Program-made: the position numbers and the translations under genes
Assembly: GCA_035387745.1 (NCBI GenBank)
Contig: DAOOON010000013.1
Span: forward strand, 1-18,861
DNA: 18,861 nt
Source: an archaeon
GTDB lineage: Archaea > Iainarchaeota > Iainarchaeia > Iainarchaeales > CSSED10-239
Reading direction: 5' to 3'
The notes under the pieces: model-generated
Database searches by the model: none
Seen by the model: only the letters and a program-made list of their open reading frames with translations
What the model was told of the DNA's origin: nothing
In this document: positions 9,048 to 14,701 of the stretch, one piece after another
How the letters are laid out: every line of letters begins with the position of its first letter
Position numbering within the stretch: position 1 is the first letter of the stretch

Positions 9048-9227
9048 ATGAAAATTAAAGAACTATTAAAAGACAGAAGAGGGCAAGTAAGTCTAGAGGT
9101 GTTATTGATTGTGGGCATTGTAGTTTTAGCTGCGCTTCTTGTTGGTTATTATCTTAAGCAGACCTCTATGAATAACAGTACAACGATATTTGGGTATATT
9201 AGAAAGATAGTTTCAGGTACAAACTAG
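9048..9227 (+). CDS. small (59 aa) class III signal-peptide prepilin, Flp-sized; NOT in the supplied ORF track (below the 60-aa cutoff)
   Basis: My translation: MKIKELLKDRRG|QVSLEVLLIVGIVVLAALLVGYYLKQTSMNNSTTIFGYIRKIVSGTN*. It has a basic leader, the RG|Q processing motif with Ser+3 and Glu+5, then about 20 hydrophobic residues. The ATG at 9048 is 3 nt after the platform gene's stop. TAG at 9225-9227. Confidence 0.65.
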   Translation: MKIKELLKDRRGQVSLEVLLIVGIVVLAALLVGYYLKQTSMNNSTTIFGYIRKIVSGTN

Positions 9228-9290
9228 CCTCTTTTAAAGCCAATAAATAAGCCACAAAGCATAGTGTTTTGGTTTGGCTAACTAAACAGA

Positions 9291-9409
9291 AAGGTATATA
9301 AACATAATCTATAACAATAATAAATAATTATTTTATTAAATAAAATAAATAAAATATATTTAAGAAATTAAATATATCCAAAAAATAAAAATGAAAATTA
9401 AACGGAGGA
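9291..9409 (+). promoter_or_regulatory. AT-rich promoter and leader region for the first mid-size pilin. TATA-like candidates include TATATAA at 9295-9301. SD GGAGGA at 9404-9409.
   Basis: The 188-nt spacer (9228-9415) is the longest intergenic gap inside the pilus block. It holds several TATA-like strings. GGAGGA lies 6 nt before the ATG at 9416. The exact TATA box and TSS cannot be fixed from sequence alone. Confidence 0.3.
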
Positions 9410-9415
9410 ATAAAA

Positions 9416-9853
9416 ATGAAGTTTAATAAAAAAGGACAAGGTGCACTTGAATACCTTTTGTTAATCGGTGGTGCTGTATTAATTGCAGTTATTGTCATCG
9501 CATTACTTGTAGGTATGGGTTCATCCAGTAATAAAGATACTGCAGAAGGCGGAGAAAGGATAAGCAGTGCAATTGCAGGAACAGCAATTGGTTCGGTTCT
9601 TCAATCCGCAGACTGTAATTCTGAAAATTATCTAAATATAAGTTATGTGCATAATGGGGGAGACGTAAACCTTATGGTAAATGGAGACATAAACACATCA
9701 CGGCCAGTTCTAGATGCCGGGAAGTCTACACAAGCATTTAATGGAGAAGATGTCTGTAGTTCCGCAAATGCAACCTATCAGATTTCGTTATTTACAACTG
9801 CATCATCCGGAGCAACAGCAACATCCAACACCATTATTGCTAAAGGAGAATAA
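9416..9853 (+). CDS. class III signal-peptide prepilin (145 aa), candidate major pilin
   Basis: MKFNKKG|QGALEYLLLIGGAVLIAVIVIALLVG has Q+1, E+5 and Y+6 followed by a hydrophobic helix. The C-terminal domain carries 2 Cys and the N-x-S/T sequons NIS, NTS and NAT. Strong SD, with its own terminator downstream. Confidence 0.85.
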   Translation: MKFNKKGQGALEYLLLIGGAVLIAVIVIALLVGMGSSSNKDTAEGGERISSAIAGTAIGSVLQSADCNSENYLNISYVHNGGDVNLMVNGDINTSRPVLDAGKSTQAFNGEDVCSSANATYQISLFTTASSGATATSNTIIAKGE

Positions 9854-9859
9854 ATTTTT

Positions 9860-9890
9860 ATCCTGTTTTAAACAGGATTTTTTTTATTTT
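9860..9890 (+). terminator. intrinsic-terminator-like hairpin plus T-run after the first mid-size pilin
   Basis: Perfect palindrome atcctgttt/aaacaggat (9860-9868 and 9870-9878), which folds into an 8-bp stem with a 3-nt loop. It is followed directly by T8 (9878-9885), then A, then T4. Oligo-T tracts terminate archaeal transcription. Confidence 0.5.
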
Positions 9891-9924
9891 TAAAGGGATA
9901 CAACTAAAAAAATAAACTTATTTA

Positions 9925-10371
9925 ATGATAAAAATGAAACTAAAACAAAAAGGCCAAGGGGCATTGGAATATTTAATTCTTATTGGTGCAGCTATACTTG
10001 TGGCTGTTATTGTTGTTAGTGTGCTTCTTGGTACAAGCAATAGTAGCAAACAAACTAGTGAAGACACTACAGGATCTTATCAAGAACTAGTAACAAATAC
10101 CATAATACCGCCAACAATTATTAGCGTTTCTTGTACTGATGCTAATGCAACATATATTATTAACGAATCAGTAACAAATGGCGTAACAAAATATTGTGTA
10201 GTAATAGATGGAGACGTAAATATAAGTAACTGTGGGGCGCCAACCAACAATAAAGTAATTATCACAGGCTTATCGCTACCACCAGATAAATACGATATGT
10301 CTTTAGTGGCTCAGAAGGGTAACGCATATTCTGCACCAACACTTCCCGCGCCAGAGTGTACTGTCGAATGA
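9925..10371 (+). CDS. class III signal-peptide prepilin (148 aa; the start may instead be ATG 9934), paralogue of 9416-9853
   Basis: M(IKM)KLKQKG|QGALEYLILIGAAILVAVIVVSVLLG. The C-terminal domain has 4 Cys and the sequons NSS, NAT, NES and NIS. It shares the ANATY and GDVN(L/I) motifs with the upstream pilin. Confidence 0.85.
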   Translation: MIKMKLKQKGQGALEYLILIGAAILVAVIVVSVLLGTSNSSKQTSEDTTGSYQELVTNTIIPPTIISVSCTDANATYIINESVTNGVTKYCVVIDGDVNISNCGAPTNNKVIITGLSLPPDKYDMSLVAQKGNAYSAPTLPAPECTVE

Positions 10372-10396
10372 TGCGACAAATAAAAGAAGAAAAAAT

Positions 10397-10579
10397 ATGT
10401 TTAAAAAATTACTAGATGATAACAAAGCACAAGTTTCTTTAGAGTATCTAGTAATAATTGTCTTTGGAGTAATGCTAGTAATTATTACAGGAATTATGAT
10501 AATAAATCTAAACATTCTAGTATCTCTTGCTAAAACAAAAATACTAAACTACAGAGACAATATCTTAACCACTATATAA
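10397..10579 (+). CDS. small (60 aa) class III signal-peptide prepilin, Flp-sized
   Basis: MFKKLLDDNKA|QVSLEYLVIIVFGVMLVIITGIMIINL..., with KA|Q, S+3, E+5 and Y+6 followed by a hydrophobic helix. The predicted mature part is about 49 aa. Confidence 0.65.
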   Translation: MFKKLLDDNKAQVSLEYLVIIVFGVMLVIITGIMIINLNILVSLAKTKILNYRDNILTTI

Positions 10580-10598
10580 ATCTATAAAATAAGATAAC

Positions 10599-11699
10599 AT
10601 GTTTTATGTAACAGAATTAATACTTTTTTTTGTGTTCTTATTTTTAGTGCTTGCTTCTTTTTCTGATATTAAAACTAGAACTATTTCAAATAAACTTATT
10701 TTGTTTTTTCTAGTTTTTGGAATATCTTATAATATTACTTTTGCTTTAGTTTCTAAAAACTATAGTTTATTATTAACATTATTATATTCAATAATTATCT
10801 CTTTAGTGTTTTTTCTAGTTCTCTGGGAACTTGGTGTGATTGCAGGAGGAGACACAAAGCTATTTATTGCTATATCTGCAATAATCCCTACAATGCAAGG
10901 CACTCTTGGTTTGTTTGATATTGGCATAGGAAAAATAGAAGTCTTACCTATATTTTCTTTAATCCTATTTGTAACAAGTGCCTTTATGGTTCTACCATGG
11001 ATTCTTATATATTCTAAATATCTGTTATTTAAGAAAAAACACTATAAAGCTCTTATAAATGAGACTTTTTCAAGAAAAAACTTAATATTACTTTTGGATT
11101 CAATAATGGTGGTGGTTTTAGTTAATCTGTTAATATCATTATTAAATATCACAAATATTATTTTTATTTTTGCTATTTCTTTTGTTCTTACCTTTTTAAT
11201 ATTTAGAATAAAGATAAAACTTAGATTTTATTATGTGATTTTAGGACTATATCTAATTATTTTTGCGATATTGTTTTCAACACACAAATTAACAATCGAT
11301 TTGCTTATCACTTTACTAGATGTTTCTGTCTTTGTTATTTTTATTTCAATATTATTGATTTACCTAAGATACATAAAAGAAAAAGTGCTGCTTGAGACAA
11401 AGGCAATAGCAGAACTAAAAGAAGGGGATCTCCCGGTATATAACTACTATTATATTAATAAAAAGATAATACTAAAAAAGCCAAAATTCTTAAACAAAAT
11501 AAAAGAAATGGCTTTAGGGACTTATTATAAGGGCTTAAAGATCGATTCTAGTAAAGCTTGCGGATTATCTAGAGAAGACATAACATTTTTAAAAGATATG
11601 TACAACAATAGATTAGTGGAGAATACAATATATTTAAAGAAGACGCTATCATTTACTCCAGCAGTCCTTCTTGCATATATGTTGTTAATAATATTTTAA
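10599..11699 (+). CDS. A24-family aspartic prepilin peptidase (EppA/PibD/FlaK-like) with extended C-terminal TM and soluble region
   Basis: The first catalytic Asp sits in FSDIKTRTISN (D23). The second sits in AGGDTKLF (GxGD-type, D85), giving 62-residue spacing as in PibD and FlaK. About 280 further residues follow, with several TM segments, a soluble stretch (LKEGDLPVYNYYYINKK...) and a terminal TM. Confidence 0.8.
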   Translation: MFYVTELILFFVFLFLVLASFSDIKTRTISNKLILFFLVFGISYNITFALVSKNYSLLLTLLYSIIISLVFFLVLWELGVIAGGDTKLFIAISAIIPTMQGTLGLFDIGIGKIEVLPIFSLILFVTSAFMVLPWILIYSKYLLFKKKHYKALINETFSRKNLILLLDSIMVVVLVNLLISLLNITNIIFIFAISFVLTFLIFRIKIKLRFYYVILGLYLIIFAILFSTHKLTIDLLITLLDVSVFVIFISILLIYLRYIKEKVLLETKAIAELKEGDLPVYNYYYINKKIILKKPKFLNKIKEMALGTYYKGLKIDSSKACGLSREDITFLKDMYNNRLVENTIYLKKTLSFTPAVLLAYMLLIIF

Positions 11700-11710
11700 A
11701 AGTGATATTT

Positions 11711-12172
11711 ATGAATAGAAAAGGACAGCTCTCGATAGAAGTAATAGTACTACTAGCAATATTTTTATTGTTCTTTCAAGCAATGATTCTGCCATCTATC
11801 GAGTTTTCAGAACACGTCTTACAAGACACGCAGGCGATTATAGTTTCAAAAAAAAGCGTTGAAGACTTGGCAATTAATATTGAGCAACTGGCTTCTCAAG
11901 ACGGATATGGCAAAAAGCAATATTACTTTTATTTGCCAAAAAACACAATTTTAGATTGTAATGTTCAAGCAAAGATTCTAGATTATAATATAACAATATC
12001 AAAACAGCAGCCAATTCCGCTTGGTTGTAATCCAGAAGGATTTTGCGACCAATTCTATAGAAAACTAGAACTGCAAAATTTTGTGATTTGTAATAAAATT
12101 GGTCCTGGATTTACAGGCGTATTAATTTTAGAAAAAGGCGCAGATGGTAACATCACAATTATAAGTGAATAA
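11711..12172 (+). CDS. class III signal-peptide pilin-like protein (153 aa), probable minor pilin
   Basis: MNRKG|QLSIEVIVLLAIFLLFF, with Q+1, S+3 and E+5. The track's GTG at 11702 adds MIF. The ATG at 11711 is preceded by AGTGA (11701-11705). The C-terminal domain has 4 Cys. Confidence 0.7.
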   Translation: MNRKGQLSIEVIVLLAIFLLFFQAMILPSIEFSEHVLQDTQAIIVSKKSVEDLAINIEQLASQDGYGKKQYYFYLPKNTILDCNVQAKILDYNITISKQQPIPLGCNPEGFCDQFYRKLELQNFVICNKIGPGFTGVLILEKGADGNITIISE

Positions 12173-12176
12173 AAAA

Positions 12177-12527
12177 ATGAATAAAAAAGCACAGATTAGT
12201 TTGGAGTTTATAATAATTATAGGTTTTGTACTTATAATTACATTGTTTTTTGCAAATTCGGTTTTTGGCACAACAGACATTAACAAAGCACTTGCAAAGG
12301 TTAAACTCAGAACCCTAGATATCTTTTCTATGAAAGGTTCAATTGCACAGCTTGAGAAGATAGATTATTTTGTTAATGATACAAATCTACAACTGAACCT
12401 TTATGTCAATAAAAACTTTGATGACTTTAATCTTACTTTAGAAGATTATAGCTCTACATTAGAAAATTTAGAAAACTCGACAAGTTTTACAGACGTAAAT
12501 CTTGCATTTATTTATATTAACGAATAA
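12177..12527 (+). CDS. class III signal-peptide pilin-like protein (116 aa), probable minor pilin
   Basis: MNKKA|QISLEFIIIIGFVLIITLFF, with Q+1, S+3 and E+5. The track's GTG at 12165 overlaps the previous gene. The ATG at 12177 follows that gene's stop (12170-12172) and an AGTGA motif. Confidence 0.7.
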   Translation: MNKKAQISLEFIIIIGFVLIITLFFANSVFGTTDINKALAKVKLRTLDIFSMKGSIAQLEKIDYFVNDTNLQLNLYVNKNFDDFNLTLEDYSSTLENLENSTSFTDVNLAFIYINE

Positions 12528-12537
12528 AGAGATAAAC

Positions 12538-13131
12538 ATGAATAGTAAATATCTATTATTTCAACTATTTTTCATAGCCAGCATATTCGTAAGCTTATTC
12601 ATTCAAAAGAATCTTTTCCTTAAGGTTCTTTTAGTGTGTTTGCTTTTCTTATATGGCTTATTGATTCTTCCAGAGTTTGTATATAACAGAAATAAATTTT
12701 TATTTATTGGTTCTGGTTTTATTATACTTGCAATTCTTTTTTTGGTAGTCGGGTATATCACAAATATTAATTACATGATTATCCTATCTTGCGTATTAGT
12801 TGCGTTCTTCTATTCTTCAAGAGTGTTGTTTAGTACAACTTATGGAGAAGTAATAATAACCTCTCCTAGAAACATACAAGTCAGAATACTAGATGTGTTT
12901 CACAGGCCAGGAAAGATTTATACTATCGAGACTACAAAAAAATATCCTTTAAAATCAATAGTTTCGATAAGGCTTGCCACCTCTATTTCTAGAAAGCCAA
13001 CAGAAATTATAGAGCTTCTTTGTGATAACTCTAAAACACTTTTAGAAACTTCAAAAATACAAAAAAAACCAAAGAAAGTTATAAAAACCAGAAAAGATAC
13101 TAACATTTCTAGAAAGAAAAAGAAAAAATAA
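12538..13131 (+). CDS. hypothetical membrane protein (about 4 TM) with a C-terminal beta-rich domain and a polybasic tail
   Basis: The ATG at 12538 (MNSKYLLFQLFFIASIF) is preferred over the TTG at 12502, which overlaps the previous gene. The soluble C-terminus GEVIITSPRNIQVRILDVFHRPGKIYTIETTKK... ends in KKPKKVIKTRKDTNISRKKKKK. Confidence 0.55.
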   Translation: MNSKYLLFQLFFIASIFVSLFIQKNLFLKVLLVCLLFLYGLLILPEFVYNRNKFLFIGSGFIILAILFLVVGYITNINYMIILSCVLVAFFYSSRVLFSTTYGEVIITSPRNIQVRILDVFHRPGKIYTIETTKKYPLKSIVSIRLATSISRKPTEIIELLCDNSKTLLETSKIQKKPKKVIKTRKDTNISRKKKKK

Positions 13132-13142
13132 GACTTGTAGAA

Positions 13143-13532
13143 ATGTTTGAAAAAGATTTACGCGCCATAATTATCTTTGCGTGTGTTTTTGGGCTGCTTG
13201 GAATTCTGGCAACTATGTATTTTTTTGAAGCTTCGGCGGTTTCAATTTCTTCTCTTCTATCTAAAGACGCAAAAGAAGGTGTTTATATAGTTTCTGGGAA
13301 TCTAAAATCTTTAGACACAAAATCAAATGTTCTTTTCTTTAAGCTATGTGATTCTTTTGCTTGTATTTCTGGGGTTTATTTTAATCCTGCAAAGCAAATA
13401 ATAGATAAATTAATTAAAGCAAAGCAAACAAACACAGAAATTACAATAAAAGCAAGATTTGAATATTATTATGATTCTCCAGAGATCATCGCCTACAAGT
13501 TTTATTTTAATAAGCTTGGCGATTATTCATGA
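13143..13532 (+). CDS. N-terminally membrane-anchored or secreted small protein with an OB-fold-like domain (tRNA_anti-like pattern)
   Basis: MFEKDLRAIIIFACVFGLLGILATMYFFEASA is a basic N-terminus followed by a TM or signal segment. EGVYIVSGNLKSLDTKSNVLFFKLCDSFACISGVYFNP......TEITIKARFEYYYDSPEIIAYKF then follows the V.V.G.V......g..FF.L.D..G.I.vvf.....V.v.G....Y.g..ei pattern of OB folds. The fold assignment is by eye only. Confidence 0.5.
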   Translation: MFEKDLRAIIIFACVFGLLGILATMYFFEASAVSISSLLSKDAKEGVYIVSGNLKSLDTKSNVLFFKLCDSFACISGVYFNPAKQIIDKLIKAKQTNTEITIKARFEYYYDSPEIIAYKFYFNKLGDYS

Positions 13533-14692
13533 TTTTCTTGGAGATTGTTTTTGGGTTGCTTCTTGGCTTTGTCTTGGGATTGATTCCAAGCTTTCATCTT
13601 AATGTTCTTTCTTATCTTTTGCTTTTACTTGGAATTTTTTCTTTAATGTATTCAAGTTTTTATTTTTTCTTCTCTCTTGCCACCTCTATGACGGTTGCAG
13701 GCATTGTACCCTTACTTCTATTTAACGCACCCACGGCAGACAACTTTACACTAAATCTCGGACAGCAAGAAGACCAAAGCATCCTTCCTTATATATTTGG
13801 ATTTGTTTTTGGTTCGTTGTTTTCGGTTCTTCTTTTGCCACTTTTTTATCTTCTCTTTTCTTTTTTCTCTAATTTTTATATTTTTATTTTTTTGGTTTTG
13901 TTAGTAACTCTTTTCTATCTTGTTTTTTCGGACTCCAATAGGCCATTAGCGCTTATGGTTGTTATCTTTTCTGGTATTCTGGGCATCATCACTTTAAAAT
14001 ACAATTTTTTCTTTTCCGAGCCGCTTTTGCCATGCATCTTTGGCTTGTTTGCGTTACCGATGTTAGTCGTTTCTTTTCTTGATAATACAGTAGACAAAAG
14101 CGACTCTGCGCCTGTCCAAGAAATAGTGCAATTTAAACCGGCGATTTTTTCTGCATTTCTGGGTTCTCTCTTTTCTTCAGTAATAGCAATAGTGCCCTCT
14201 CTAAGTCCAGGCATGGCACAGATTTTTCCGGCAGTACTCTTTGAGAAGCTCTCTAAACATAATAGAAAAGTTCTTCTCTCAAGCACACTACTCTCTGTTA
14301 TTTTAATCTATTTCTTTATGGCTGCGCTTTTTAGAAAATCAAGGCTTGGCTTTGTTTCTATTCTTCTAGAGAAGGGGGCATTTCCAGCACTTTCTTTTCC
14401 AGACATCCTTCTTCTTTGTTTTGTTTTTCTTTTTGTAGTTTCGCTTTCTTGTTTTATTTTGCTTGTTTCTTTTTCTAACATTTCAAAGGCAATTAAAAGT
14501 CTTCCAAGAAAAGCAACAATCTTTTGCGTTATTGTTTTTTCTATTTGGTTAATAGTTCTTGTAACAAATATATATTCTTTTTTTTTAATAATTTTGTCTT
14601 TTTGTATAGGTCTGTTGCCAATAGTTTATAATAAAAATAAATTGCTTCTTATGTCTTATTTAATATTACCCACAATTTTATTTTATATTTAG
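13529..14692 (+). CDS. polytopic membrane protein (at least 10 hydrophobic segments), possibly TctA/DUF112-like
   Basis: 387 aa. The start overlaps the upstream stop (ATGA at 13529-13532). N-terminal GLIPSFHLN and the mid-protein PSLSPGM resemble G-L-x-P-G-x-H-x-N motifs that I recall from archaeal DUF112/TctA-family proteins. That family call is low confidence. Confidence 0.6.
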   Translation: MIFLEIVFGLLLGFVLGLIPSFHLNVLSYLLLLLGIFSLMYSSFYFFFSLATSMTVAGIVPLLLFNAPTADNFTLNLGQQEDQSILPYIFGFVFGSLFSVLLLPLFYLLFSFFSNFYIFIFLVLLVTLFYLVFSDSNRPLALMVVIFSGILGIITLKYNFFFSEPLLPCIFGLFALPMLVVSFLDNTVDKSDSAPVQEIVQFKPAIFSAFLGSLFSSVIAIVPSLSPGMAQIFPAVLFEKLSKHNRKVLLSSTLLSVILIYFFMAALFRKSRLGFVSILLEKGAFPALSFPDILLLCFVFLFVVSLSCFILLVSFSNISKAIKSLPRKATIFCVIVFSIWLIVLVTNIYSFFLIILSFCIGLLPIVYNKNKLLLMSYLILPTILFYI

Positions 14693-14701
14693 GTGAAAAA
14701 T

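Noticed and set aside
9250-9280. Imperfect inverted repeat agcca...tggct after the 59-aa pilin gene, as a possible terminator
   Set aside because: Only 5 bp pair cleanly, the inner stem is mismatched, and no T-run follows. It is much weaker than the 9860-9885 hairpin.
9391-9426. 11-codon upstream mini-ORF (MKIKRRNKNEV) overlapping the SD and start of the first mid-size pilin
   Set aside because: It is out of frame with the pilin, has no SD of its own, and sits in a region so AT-rich that short ATG...TAA frames arise by chance. The MKIK match to the 59-aa pilin start is only 12 nt.
8879-10515. Minus-strand ORFs 8879-9118, 10080-10265 and 10303-10515 overlapping the platform and pilin genes
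   Set aside because: They overlap plus-strand genes that carry strong class III signal-peptide or T2SSF evidence. None has a start context or any motif.
5203-12527. Interpretation of the locus as an archaellum (motility) operon
   Set aside because: There are no ArlC/D/E, ArlF/G or ArlH (KaiC-like) genes, and the platform is split into two genes. The subunits have Q+1 DUF361-type leaders and include ~47-49 aa mature proteins, unlike archaellins.
13915-14286. 123-aa minus-strand ORF inside the 387-aa membrane protein gene
   Set aside because: It is antisense to a T-rich, F/L-rich membrane-protein frame. The plus-strand frame is continuous for 387 codons and translationally coupled on both sides. 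The antisense product has no recognisable features.
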